Assembly (NCBI GenBank): GCA_950097015.1
Contig: CATNEN010000001.1
Location: 20,584,001-20,648,000, forward strand
Direction of reading: 5' to 3'
DNA: 64,000 nucleotides
Source: Macrostomum hystrix
Lineage: Eukaryota; Animalia; Platyhelminthes
Both the position numbers and the translations under genes were made by a program. Below the pieces are notes generated by a model. That model worked only from the letters and a program-made list of their open reading frames with translations. It was not told where the DNA came from and searched no databases. Positions 1-12,800 of the stretch are shown in pieces. Numbering within the stretch: the first letter of the stretch is position 1; every line of letters begins with the position of its first letter.

Positions 1-175
1 GGTATACGAAATTATAACATTTAAGCAAAAAAATTACAGCTTACCTATGTCTCTAACTGTTAAAAAAGATATCCTAACAATGTTGCCGAGGCTGCAGCAT
101 TTATGGTATTAAGCTACCATAGCAACCAGCTGCTTCCTTCCAAGTTGCCTTAGCAACGAACTGCTTCATTCCAGC

Positions 176-591
176 TGGCCTTAGCAACCATCTACTCACA
201 GCCTAAATGGCCTTAGCAACCATCTACTCACTCCCTAATGGCCTTAGCAACCATCTACTCACTCCCTAATGGCCTTAGCAACCATCTACTCACTCCCTCA
301 TGGCCTTAGCAACCATCTACTCACTCCCTAATGGCCTTAGCAACCATCTACTCACTCCCTAATGGCCTTAGCAACCATCTACTCACTCCCTAATGGCCTT
401 AGCAACCATCTACTCACTCCCTCATGGCCTTAGCAACCATCTACTCACTCCCTAATGGCCTTAGCAACTATCTACTCACTCCCTCATGGCCTTAGCAACC
501 ATCTACTCACTCCCTAATGACCTTAGCAACCATCTACTCACTCCCTAATGGCCTTAGCAACCATCTACTCACTCCCTAATGACCTTAGCAA
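176..591. repeat. 31-bp minisatellite GGCCTTAGCAACCATCTACTCACTCCCTAAT, about 13 copies
   Basis: Direct reading; degenerate units extend to about 110; lies just downstream of the GPCR stop. Confidence 0.95.
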
Positions 592-622
592 CAAACAGAT
601 TCAAATCTGAGTCGGTGGCGTC

Positions 623-3600
623 CTACAGAATCGGCGGCGGCGGAGGCGGCGACAGCTGCATGATCTCCATCAGCATTGGGTCGCGGCACTCCTGTCGGTC
701 ATCTCCGGCTTCGCCTCGCCCCCGAGCTCGATCTCGAGCGGCGCCACGCGCGAACAGCCACGGCCTGACTAGCTGCAGGATGCGCAGTCGGCTGAGCGCG
801 CACTGACGCGCGGCATCCTGACGGAAGCGCGGCACGGTGAGCAGCAGAAGCAGCGGATTGGCGCACAGCTGCAAGGTGCTCATCAGGCGGCTCAGGTAGA
901 TGCACAGCTCATTGTCGAACTGAAGCGCAGACGTGGCCGACTTGTCAGAGCCGAATCCTTGCAGGTCCAGCTGCTGCTGCTGATGCTGGTGCAGGTGTCT
1001 GGCTGAGCGCAGCCAATGGTAGTGAAGCTGCAGCACGCAGTTGTACACGGCTGGTGGCAGGCACAGCACAGCGTAGCCGAAGCAGCATGCCAGCAGGCCC
1101 GTCTGCATGCTGCAGTACAGATTCGAGTCGATGATGTATTGCGAGAGTAGCTGCTTCTTCTGCTGGCCTTGGCAATGTGGCTCGCTTTTCAAATGAAAGA
1201 AATAATTACGTTTAATTAAAAACTCGAGCGCGCTGTCAGTGAGAAAGCGAATCTGCTCAATCATCTGACTCATGCGCACACCAACCTGCACACAGGTACT
1301 GAACGCAGCCACACACTCATACTTTCTGCTCGAGCTCAGGGACCTTGGTGCGAGAGGCAAACGCGACCGTTGTGCCACTCACTCCCTAATCTAATTAACA
1401 GTAGTATTGTATGTGTGACTACGTTCGCTCGGTGTGTGTGTGTGCTTAGTAGTCAGCGGAAGTGGCAGAATTGGCTCCTTACTGGCTGCGGGTCGACTGT
1501 CACCACATGATCCAATAAGCACCAACCTTCTGCGGTCATTGGCTAGACGATGACGCCATCGGTCGCTGACGCGATACCAATACAGGCTGGCCAATGAGAA
1601 TGCGATTGTCAGCGTCACTGGAATGACGTCACCAACTAGGAGGTCTCCTATTGGCCAAAGCCAGTCAGTGAATGTGTCTGTGATTGGCCAGCGCTCGGTC
1701 CAGCCGCAGTGCAAGATTCTGTCGGTGGTGTCGCCGCTGACAAGTGGACTCTCCTTCACAATGGTCAGGGTCCACAGGTGGTGCGCGTTTAACAGCACAA
1801 CCAGCACGCAGGCAAGGATGGCACTGTTTTTCACCCACTCCCTGGAGTAGCTGTTCACCTGGCAACAAGGGCAATTCACTGCTAATTCAACATTGTTTTC
1901 TGTACGGAGTAGAAAAAGTGTCTCATCTCTCCCGTGTCTCATCATCTCTCCCGTGTCTAATCTCTCCCGTGTCTCATCTCTCCCGTGTCTCATCATCTCT
2001 CCCGTGTCAAATCTCTCCCGTGTCTCATCTCTCCCGTGTCTAATCTCTCCCGTGTCTTATCTCTCCCGTGTCTCATCTCTCCCGTGTCTCATCTCTCCCG
2101 TGTCTCATCTCTCCCGTGTCTCATCTCTCCCGTGTCTCATCTCTCCCGTGTCTCATCTCTCCCGTGTCTCATCTTTCCCGTGTCTCATCTCTGCTGTGTC
2201 TCATCTCTCCCGTATCTTATCTCTCCCATGTCTCATCTCTCCCGTGTCTCATCTCTCCCGTGTCTCATCTCTACCGTGTCTAATCTCTCCCGTGTCTCAT
2301 CTCTCCCGTGTCTCATCTCACCCCTGTCTCATCTCACCCCTGTCTCATCTCTCCCTTGTCTCATCTCTCCCGTGTCTAATCTCTCCCCTGTCTAATCTCT
2401 CCCGTGTCTCATCTCTCCCGTGTCTAATCTCTCCCGTGGCTTATCTTACCCTTGTCTCATCTCTCCCGTGTCTCATCTCTCCCGTGTCTCATCTCACCCC
2501 TGTCTCATCTCACCTCTGTCTCATCTCTCCCTTGGCTCATCTCTCCCGTGTCTAATCTCTCCCGTATCTTATCTCTCCCATGTCTTATCTCTCCCGTGTC
2601 TCATCTTACCCGTGTCTCATCTCTCCCGTATCTCATCTCTCCCCTGTCTTATCTCTCCCGTGTCTCATCTCTCCCCTGTCTTATCTCTCCCGTGTCTTAT
2701 CTCTTCCCTGTCTTATCTCACCGATGTCTCTTCTCTCCCGTGTCTCACCTCTAGGTCTCATCTCCTCCCTATCTGAGTAGTACCAATTACAATAATTTCC
2801 GCACCTGGCTGCACGGCAGTCGCACCAGTCGGCAGGTGTCTATGGCCAGAGCCGCCTGCAGCAGCGATTTGAAATGGTACAGCGATGAGTAGGCCAGGTT
2901 GAGCAGCTGGCAGCCGGATTCATCCAGCAGGCCGAGGCTGAGGTTCAGCCTAACATCCAGCGCCGACTGAAGCCAGAGGTCCAGGCTGCGGCTCCACAAC
3001 AGGGCGGTGTCAGCGCAGGCCAGCAGAGCCAGGTACAGACAGACTGGCAGCTGCCTGCCGCTGTAGTTCAGTGCCAGCCGGCCGGAGAGGCAGTTCAACA
3101 GGCTGCCAATGATCAGCAGGACCAGCGGCAGGTAGCAGTCCAGCTGCCGCAGGGTCTCGCTAGAGAAGTCGCCGCCGCATTCGATGTCCCAGCCGACTGC
3201 GACGTCGGTGGCTGGAGTAGCGGAGGTCAGCTGAGTCAGGCTGCTCGAGTTGCCGATGGCTTCAAAGGAAATGGGATTGAAAATCGAATCAGAATTATTC
3301 AGTCGCCTCCTAATCAGATTTGTTGCATCAATGATTTAATTTTAGTGTTAAAGAGAGCGGAAAACAAAGGGAAGTGTCTCAATTAGCTGGGGCAGCTGCG
3401 TGCCGCCTTTGATTCCTGGAAATCGGGAGAGTCAGAAAGCTCTCTTTCAGCACTGGCTCTCCTTGTTGATAACAAATCAATTATTTTCAGTCTGTAATCT
3501 AAAGCCCATTGATAATTAAAGCTGATGTCTGGGGCAGCGTGACTGACCTTAGCAACTGTCAGCCACCTGCGTTTCATTATCACACCATGGATTAGGATCA

Positions 3601-4760
3601 CTGTCACTCTATGGATTAGGATCACTGTCACTCTATGGATTAGGATCACTGTCACTCCATGGATAAGGATCATTGTCACTCCATGGATAAGGATCATTGT
3701 CACTCCAAGGATGACTGTCACTCCATGGATAAGGATCATTGTCACTCCATGATTTGGATCACTGTCACTCCACGGATAAGGATCACTGTCACTCCATGGA
3801 TAAGGATCATTGTCACTCCATAGATAAGGATCACTGTCACTCCACGGATAAGGATCACTGTCACTCCATGGATAAGGATCCTTGTCACTCCAAGGATGAA
3901 TGTCACTACATGGATAAGGATCATTGTCACTCCATGGATAAGGATCACTGTCACTCCATGGATAAGGATCACTGTCACTCCACGGATAAAGATCATTGTC
4001 ACTCCAACGACCACTGTCACTCCACGGATAAGGATCATTGTCACTCAGTAGATAAGGATCACTGTCACTCCATTGATTTGGATCAATGTTACTCCATGGA
4101 TAAGGATCACCGTCACTCCATGGATAAGGATCATTGTCACTCCATGGATAAGGATCATTGTCACTCCATAGATAAGGATCATTGTCACTCCATGGATAAG
4201 GATCATTGTCACTCCATGGATAAGGATCATTGTCACTCCATAGATAAGGATCATTGTCACTCCATAGATAAGGATCACCGTCACTCCATGGATAAGGATC
4301 ACTGTCACTCCACGGATAAGGATCACTGTCACTCCATAGATAAGGATCACCGTCACTCCATGGATAAGGATCACTGTCACTCCACGGATAAGGATCACTG
4401 TCACTCTATGGATAAAGATCACTGTCACTCAACGGATAAGGATCACTGTCACTCCATAGATAAGGATCACTGTCACTCCACGGATAAGAATCAGCGTGAC
4501 TCACAAGCGGCTGCTGACTCGCCCTCATCACTAGCGGTCTCGATCCACATGAAGCAGCGGTAGTCAGTCAGTCTGCTGGGACAGTATCTGGCGTGCTGTC
4601 CGCTCCTGTGAAAGAAGCAGCCGTTGTTGACGAAGCTGAACAGACTGCCTCCGGTGAGGTTTCTCCGGCGGCTGATGTCGCCGTGAAGGCTGTCCGACTG
4701 GCTGCCTGAAGATCCGCTGCGAAACCTCACCCGGCCCCCTGTGCCACCTCCGCGGGCCAT
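623..4760 (-). CDS. Class A (rhodopsin-like) peptide-type GPCR, FMRFamide-receptor-like; exons 4760-4505, 3259-2805, 1858-1527, 1184-623 (534 aa)
   Basis: All three introns are GT-AG with matching phases (1,0,2); total 1605 nt. TM1 LLIIGSLLN, TM2 LYLALLACAD, TM3 Cys plus AIDTC, TM4 VLLNAHHLW, TM5 WPIGDLLVGDVIP, TM6 YAVLCLP, TM7 CANPLLL, helix-8 PRFR. The first exon is the least certain. Confidence 0.85.
1265..1510. mobile_element. SINE B remnants in GPCR intron 3 (head on - strand about 1265-1388, 3' part on + strand about 1405-1510)
   Basis: Reverse complement GAGTGGCACAACGG..TTGCCTCTCGCACCAAGGTCCCTGAGCTCGA matches the SINE B head; GGCAGAATTGGCTCCTTACTGGCTGCGGGTC matches the 3' domain. Confidence 0.7.
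1918..2775. repeat. 16-bp minisatellite TCTCATCTCTCCCGTG
   Basis: Direct reading; fills GPCR intron 2. Confidence 0.95.
3585..4500. repeat. 24-bp minisatellite CCATGGATAAGGATCACTGTCACT
   Basis: Direct reading; GPCR intron 1, abutting the donor. Confidence 0.95.
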
Positions 4761-5101
4761 TGCTGGGTTTTGTGCTCAAAGAGATTAACCAGACGGTATT
4801 TCATGGAATTTCAAGACCCGGCTCGTACCCTTCTTGTTTAAGATTGCAGTTGGTGTGAAGTCACATCCGATTGGCTGCATGCTCCCCGACCAATCAGAAA
4901 TGGCTTTAGAAAGAGATTTCACACACGGACAAGTTATCTTAGTGGACATGGATTGAAAAAATAGTTTTGCGTGTGGGAGACACTCGCTGAAATGTACTTT
5001 TGTAGTATCAACACTATTATAAATTTAATTCCGTTTAGTTAGAGTCGGAAAAGGTAGATTTTAAATGAGGATGTGGGTCGCCCAGCAGATGCACCCTACA
5101 A

Positions 5102-5409
5102 GAGGTTGTAGCCTTGTGGTTTGGGCGTCGGACTCACGACTAGAAGGTCGGGGGTTCGATTCCCGACTCCACTGAAACAATTTGTGTCCTTTAGCAAGAC
5201 ACTTAACTCTGCATTGCTTCAGTTCACCCAGCTGTTAAATGCTGTTAAAGGGATAATTGAAGGAGGATGTGGCGTCCCCCCAGTCCATGGACTGAACAGC
5301 TGTACAGCAGCCTTCAGATGCGCCGCGCAATAGCTGCGGCTGTGCTGTCGGCTGCACATCTGGCCCGATTGGGGCTGGTGCAATCAATTATTATTATTAT
5401 TATTATTAT
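5102..5409 (+). mobile_element. tRNA-derived CORE-like SINE (family A), apparently full length
   Basis: A-box TAGCCTTGTGG, B-box GGTTCGATTCC, central GTGTCCTTTAGCAAGACACTTAACTC..CTTCAGTT..CTGTTAAATG resembling the MIR/CORE domain, (ATT)n tail. Fragments recur at about 11162-11240(+), 38756-38828(-), 40325-40352(-) and 40775-40880(+). Confidence 0.85.
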
Positions 5410-6800
5410 GAGGGCCGCTAGGTGATGACCAACTGTCTGGTTTATGAATACTGCCCGGAGTCCAATGGTGCACTGATTTCATTTTCAGGTGAAAAAACCC
5501 AGGTCTGAAGAAAGAACAGTTCAAGCACATTTTAAATCTAATAGTGTCATACGTAACAAACTATTATAACAATTTCGGCTATTTTAGTCATTTTACGAGC
5601 TACAGTTAGTCCACGGGGGATTTCAAATGCCTAAATTATATATTTTACCTGTTTCTCTTCAAATATTCAACTAATCGCAATGAAATATCTAGAACACGGG
5701 CTGAAATTTTCCGCTCTAATTAATAAAACGACTTCCAGAACGACGCCAGAATCGTCGAGATATTCAACGATTCTTGCCCATTTAAAATTAGCTGTAGACA
5801 TCCACTTGCTTTCAAGCTTAAATACTTTTAGCAATAAAATCACTGTAAGATTTGAGGAAAAAAACTTTTTTGACCCTAATTTCAACCAAAGCTTTCTTTC
5901 GCAGATGATCAAATTTCCCAGATTGGGGGGGGATTTTGCCCATCGACTATTTAAGCGCCGGATTTTCTAGTCGACAATTTTTTCCGGACTTGGACACGCA
6001 AGGCTAAAGCAGAACGACTTATCGGACAGGAGTATCGATTGATTTCCGTGCCTAACTAATTAGATCCGAGCCGGCCCTACTTCAGAACGAGCCTGGCTGT
6101 TTGTGAGGCTGCGGAGAGATTTATAATGGCCGATAAGCTGGGTTTGTCAGGCTGTGTAAGTACTAGATGAGGCGCGGAGGCAGACACGCCCCGCGTTGGC
6201 TTCGCTCGACGAATCTCCGAATGAAAGTGGTGTGTAAAAAGTGCATTGGACTGTGCTGGGCTGTACTGCCTTTGACTGGCGTGTCTTCGAAAGTAAACTC
6301 GGGTCTCGGAAACTTGGAAGCTAAGAGTGCATTGTGGCGAGATCGACTCGCCATCGTCGGTCGACTGAAAGACGGTTCCCGATTAGTCTCGTCACGTCCT
6401 GGTAATTTGATAGCTTCGCAAATGTGCCAGCGATGTCAGTGGCAGTTTAAATCAATGTGTTTTTCTTTAATGGAAAGTACGAGCCGTAAATAAATCGACG
6501 GGAAAATAAAATGGTGCCAGACTTAGAGGTTGACCTAATAATCACTGCTTCCGTTTCCGTAACGCTCCAGACCGCACTAAATGATTTACCGGAGAGTACT
6601 AAATGATTTCGCTTAGCTTGAGTCGGATAATCTCATGCAGAAACTCGCTTCCATAAGCCTTCCTTCTATGTCTCTCTCACGAATATTGAAGTATATCTCC
6701 TCCCATCATCGTGTTGAAGTGGCATTATGCGGAGCCGACTTGCTGGGAGCTACAATTCAGCTTCATTCTAGTTAGGAAAGTTCTTTCCAGAGCAGAGAGA

Positions 6801-7358
6801 GGATCACCGTCACTCCATGGATAAGGATCATTGTCACTCCACAGATCAATGCCACTCCATGGATAAGGATCACTGTCACTCCAAGGATGAATGTCACTCC
6901 ATGGATAAGGATCATTGTCACTCAGTAGATAAGGATCACTGTCACTCTATGGATAAGGATCGCACTGTCACTCTATGGATAAAGATCACTGTCACTCCAA
7001 GGATCAATGGAACTCCATGGATATGGATCACTGTCACTCCATGAATATGGATCACTGTCACTCCATGAATATGGATCACTGTCACTCCATGAATATGGAT
7101 CACTGTCACTCCATGAATATGGATCACTGTCATTCCATGAATAAGGATCACTGTCACTCCACGGATAAGGATCACTGTCACCCCACGGATAAGGATCACT
7201 GTCACTCCATAGATCAATGCCACTCCAAGGCTCAATAAAACTCCATGGATAAGGATCACTGTCACTCCATGAATAAGGATCACTGTCACTCCATGAATAA
7301 GGATCACTGTCACTCCACGGATAAGGATCATTGTCACTCCACGGATAAAGATCAGCGT
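6801..7358. repeat. Second array of the 24-bp minisatellite, between 116-bp direct repeats (6688-6803, 7367-7482)
   Basis: Same unit as 3585-4500; the flanks align at offset 679 with about 4 mismatches. Confidence 0.93.
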
Positions 7359-8261
7359 TCTATCTCGAAGAATATCTCCTCCCATCATCGTGTTGAAGTG
7401 GCATTATGCTGAGCCGACTTGCTGGGAGCTACATTTCAGCTTCATTCTAGTTAGGAAAGTTCATTCCAGAGCAGAGAGAGGAAATCTACTCTAAAGCAAA
7501 TCTCTTTTTTGGCAAGTTTGCCTGCAGCCCTGGGAAATACGTGCTTGTTGTACTTGCACCAGAATCCAGTGGGATGAGACTAAAGCGGAAAATATCCCTA
7601 AAATAATTTTCTTTGGCGGATAACATGCGGTTTGTTTCCAGTGTACATTACGTGTATTTATGGGCGTAGAGAAATGACTAGAATTACGAGCTTATTTCAG
7701 AAGACAAAAATCAAATTGAAAAAAGTCCTAGAAAATTTATCTATGAGTATGATATCCTACTTTATACTTAAAAAGCGTCTATATTTTTTACAGATATAAC
7801 AAAAAAATTTCTGTATCTTCATAAATACTGTTTATTTTCACAACTGAAATTTCAAAAATATCCTATTTCGATTTAAATTGGCCCGTACGTGTTTGCCTGG
7901 TATTTCTCAGGATTTCATTACTCTAATGTTCGTGAAACACTTTCAATCGTTTCTGTCCATTGTTAAATGTTTCATTTGGCTGAAAGCATCATTAAAAACA
8001 TTTTTTTCAATGAAGCCCTTTGAAATGCTGCATGCACTCACAATACTTTGGTGCGTCTCGCATCTTCACAAAAATCAATTATTGTGTCCGTGCACTCCAA
8101 TAATAATTCATGCCAGCCATTGTTCATACTCAGATTTCCCTTCTTGCAGCAATCGTTTTATTGAATCTACTTTTATCTCGGATCAAGAATGCGAATGCTA
8201 CCTGGGCTTGCCATCGAGGCAGTCGATATTCGAATAACTCGTCGGTATGGCTCTCCAGTAA

Positions 8262-8338
8262 AAGCCCCTAAGCCTTCTCTCCGCGGCTGCCGCCCAAATC
8301 TATGTGGACTCGCTACGGAATCGAGTTCGGGTACCTTG
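8262..8338 (-). mobile_element. SINE B fragment
   Basis: Reverse complement CTCGATTCC..GCAGCCGCGGAGAGAAGGCTTAGGGGCTT matches the SINE B copies. Confidence 0.7.
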
Positions 8339-9835
8339 AGTTATTTGTTTACTCTCATTTTAGTTTCTGTTCTCAACTATTCAAACGCCAATAAAGAATA
8401 TGCATGTCTTCCTTTGCATGAGCAAGCGAAAGGCTAATAAATACATCAAGGGATAATCTCAAGCGTTATTGTAAAATTTGTACATTTGTACTTAAGACAT
8501 TTGAACTAAATCTACTTAAGCTTGTCTTCTTCATTCCAGAATTTCGCTGATAATGACTGAAATGTTAACTGAGAACTGGGTTCGAATGTTGTGTGACGAG
8601 TTGGAATCGAAATATGTCATATTTTTATGTCATGATAAAAGACATAATATCTCATAAAAATGGCCGATTCCTTGCTGTGCGACCGAAATGTAAGTGTAGG
8701 TAGACATATTTTTTGAAGGCGCATATAAAATCAACTTGATGCATCAGCGCAGTTGAAGTAAAAATGAAATAACACTTGTCTTAAACAAGACTTAAACTGA
8801 AGTTTGTCTATACTTAATTAAAATGGGCAGGTGTATAAAAACAACGAATAAAATTTTTTTGTTGTGTCTGAAGAAGTTTCAGCAGAACTTTAGAAATGTG
8901 TGCATTTGGTTTTGGTTCATCACGTTGTTAAGACCTTTTGTTAACAACGTTTCGCTGAGCCTGTAGTATTTTAGTATTTAAAAATAGTTAACGTGACTCT
9001 TTTTGTTATCGCTCCTTAATTAATAAAGATAGTCAAAAAAAGCTTTGCATATAAAATAATTAAATTTTATATATTTTAATTGCGCATTGCTTTATCTAGA
9101 AGGAAGGGTCATCTAACAATCAAAAATGATTTGTTTAAATGCATATCGTCTAACTATGATCAGCGAGTCTGTTAATAAATTTGACTTTTTTCATTAAATA
9201 ATTTTTATAGATCAGGACTGCGTGGCTTATATTAACTTCATTCATTAAATCTGCTAAATTAAACGTGAGAAAATATCAAAGAGAATTATCTCATAAGGAT
9301 CATCTAAAAAGTGGTGAGTGATATGCACACAAAAATAAAGGTTTATCCTTTATTGCTGTTTTCCACAAGAGTTAAAAAATGCTTAAAAACCCAGACTGGG
9401 CGTTTTCATTCGATAATTTTTATGATATTAACAGAAAGAACGGCAGTGCATAAAAAACAAAAAATGAAGTATATATTAAACTACGAATGTTTAAATAAAT
9501 ATTTTTTCATGTTGTTTGCAAATTATTCATAGTAATACAAATAGTAAATTTTTATTAACAGTAATATCAATTAAAATAGAAACATATTTCATTTGTAAAC
9601 AGAGGAAATCTTTTGAATTAACTTTTCTTGTCTAAATATGGTTTTTTGAGAGTTTTGTCCAAATTTATAATGCATCCTCAAATAAAAAATAACTAAATAA
9701 TAAACGTTTTTCTATTAAAATTTGGCAACAGGACAGTGTAGGTAGCTTGATATAAAAAAACATGTAATGTACATTTTAACTAACTAGTGATAACTATAGT
9801 TTATTTTTGCGATCTAAAGACTTTTTTATATTTTC

Positions 9836-12800
9836 ATGTCAAAGTTTAGGAGAGCCAATCAAGACAGCTCAGGTCCGGCCATGGATAAGCCCGAGGAAGC
9901 GAGCCTGCTCTACTTGGCCATCCTAGGCGACATTGACGCCCTGAAGGCTGGCATTGAGCTCACTAGGCGCCGTTACGGCGCCAGCGGTCTGCGTCGTCTG
10001 TCGGAAGTCTGCGACGAATTTGGCGCCGGCCTTATTCACTACGCGGCTCGGTCACCGCACCTGCCACCGCTGCAGTACTTGGCTAGCGGTGAATTCGGCC
10101 TCTCAGTCAGGGCCGTCGCCGAGTTCGGCAACACGCCAGCTCATGACGCTGTGGTGTCAAGCCACCCCGAGAATGTCATCTGGCTGGTGGCGGAGGCTGG
10201 AGCCGATCCTCTGGCCACTGATCGGTGGGCGAATTCAGGTTCTCTTGTCTAACAGGTTCTCTTATCTAACAGGTTCTCTTGTCCAACAGGTTGTCATGTC
10301 TAACAGGTTCTCTTATCTAACAGATTCTCTTATCTAACAGGTTCTCTTATCTAACAGGTTCTCTTATCCAACAGGTTCTCTTATCTAACAGGTTCTATTA
10401 TCTAACAGGTTCTCTTATCTAACAGGTTCTCTTATCTAACAGGTTCTCTTATCTAACAGGTTCTCTTGTCTAACAGGTTCTCTTATCTAACAGGTTCTCT
10501 TGTCTAACAGGTTCTTTTATCTAACAGGTTCTTTTATCTAACAGGTTCTCTTATCTAACAGGTTCTCTTATCCAACATGTTCTCTTATCTAACAGGTTCT
10601 CTTATCTAACAGGTTCTCTTATCTAACACGTTCTCTTGTCTAACAGGTTCTCTTGTCTAACAGGTTCTATTATCTAACAGGTTCTCTTATCTAACAGGTT
10701 CTCTTATCTAACAGGTAAGATCTTCCATTTTTCACCGGACGCTCATTTTAACCTGCATCCAGGGAGGGCCTGAACCTGCTCCATCTGGCGGCTTACACCG
10801 GTCAGCGTGACCTCACTGACTGGCTGCTCACCAACACGGCCTGCTGCGCCGACGACCGGGCGAGAAACGGCGCCACAGCTTTGCACTTTAGCGCCCTGAA
10901 GGGCAAGCTGGATGTGAGTTGACATGCAGCGGGGCGTGACTAACCCAGCTGGCTTGGGGATCATTGCTGAACAACTAAATCAACTGTCTAATCTATTGGG
11001 TTTTTCACACCAGAGGGGCTGAGTGGCAGAGCGGTCTCAACCCGTGGCGAGGCTACATTAATTTGTGCAATTTAAGAGTACACCCTTGAACGGCTAACCT
11101 CCAAGGCACAGTGAGAGTGTACGCTGCCTCTTCATCTTAGCTAGTAGATACTCGTATAATAGGCGGCGGTTGAAGCCTAGTGGTTAAGACCGTCCATGGA
11201 CTGAACAGCCATAAGCTGCCTTTAGACGCGTCGCGTAATATAGTCAGCCATATCCCTAAACCCTAAATCCCTGCAGGTGATGCATTCTCTTCTGTCCTGG
11301 TCGCTGCGCTCTCTGGACCCCGACTGCCGCATGCTGAACGGCGCCACCCCGCTGTACCTGGCCTGCCAGGAAGGCCACCGCCTGGCCGCAGAGCGCCTGG
11401 TTGACGAGCACCGCGCCGATCTGAGCGTTCGCACCAGCCGCGGCCTGAACTGCCTCCACGCAGCTGCCCAGGGCGGCCACGTCTCCGTCACGCGCTGGCT
11501 GCTCGAGCGACAACCGGAACTGGCCCTCCAGCCTGACTCTTCCGGCGCCCTACCGATTCACTACGCAGCCTCGGCCGGGCACCTCGACACTGTGGCTGCC
11601 TTGGCTCCGTATTCGCCAGCTTTGCCGCCTAACTGGCAGCAGCAGCAGCAGCAGCAGCAGAAACTGCAGTCAGAGCCTCTGAGGGCTTCACAGACGCAGC
11701 AGCACCTTCAGCAGAAACTGCAACAGCCACATCCGAGTCACGTGATGCCGTCGCCTCTCGAGTTGAACGCCGCCAGAAGATCCGTGAGCTGCGGGGGGAT
11801 AATATTTCCCATTGGGTTTCAGTTCCTCAACTCGCAGCTTAGGGCGTTTCTGGGAAAAGTAACTCAGAAACACGCCCATGAAGCCAGCAATCCCAATTCA
11901 GATCCCAATAGGACACAAATTACCTGACCGCAACTCAGCCACCCTGACCTCATAAATTATTTATTTGCCTCTGCAACTTCTATCGCCACTATTTTGCACA
12001 GCAACCACTTCTCCACGCAAGTCTGCTCGTGATGGATAGTTGCTAATAATAGAAACATGACTAACAGGGTGTCTTGAAACCTGGGGCTTTTCATTTCATA
12101 TCTTGAACTGTGATACCGCAGAAATTTTGGAGGAAACGACTTGGCTGAGAATATATTTCTTTATAGTCGGGGGCATAGATGTGCATTATTGAGCAATGGA
12201 GGAAGGATACTTCTCAGTAGGATGCTCAATGTTTTTTGGGCGTGGTCAATCCTGGATGCTATAATAATGTACTTTTAAATAGCTTCTGCTGCTCTGCGTA
12301 CCTACTCTATGATTCCTCCGTATCTCACCTGATTTTAAAATATATAACCCTAATCCATTGTCTCCAACAAATCCTAATCCTAATCTACTAATCCTAATCT
12401 ACGAGCGTAGTATCAACCCTAATCTACTATATCCCTAATCTACTCTCTCCCTAATCTACTCTCTCCCTAATCTAGTCTCTCCCTAATCTACTCTCTCCCT
12501 AATCTACTCTCTCCCTAATCTACTCGCTCCCTAGTCTACTCTCTCCCTAATCTACTCTCTCCCTAATCTACTCTCTCCCTAATCTACTCTTTCCCTAATC
12601 TACTCTCTCCCTAATCTACTCTCTCCCCAATCTACTCTCTCCCTAATCTACTCTCTCCCTAATCTACTCTCTCTCTCTAATCTACTCTATCCCTAATCTA
12701 CTCTCTCCCTAATATACTCTCTCTCTAATCTACTCTCAACCCTAATCTAATCTATCCCTAATCTACTCTCTCCCTAATCTACTCTCTCCCTAATCTACTC

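Noticed and set aside
1185-1378. N-terminal part of ORF 623-1378 as coding
   Set aside because: Lies upstream of the acceptor at 1184 and overlaps a SINE B remnant.
3739-4563. (MDKDHCHS)n His/Cys metal-binding protein ORF
   Set aside because: Read-through of a 24-bp array, antisense within a GPCR intron; the second array has frame-breaking units.
5102-5175. tRNA gene
   Set aside because: Imperfect cloverleaf, followed by a CORE-like body and ATT tail; it is a SINE head.
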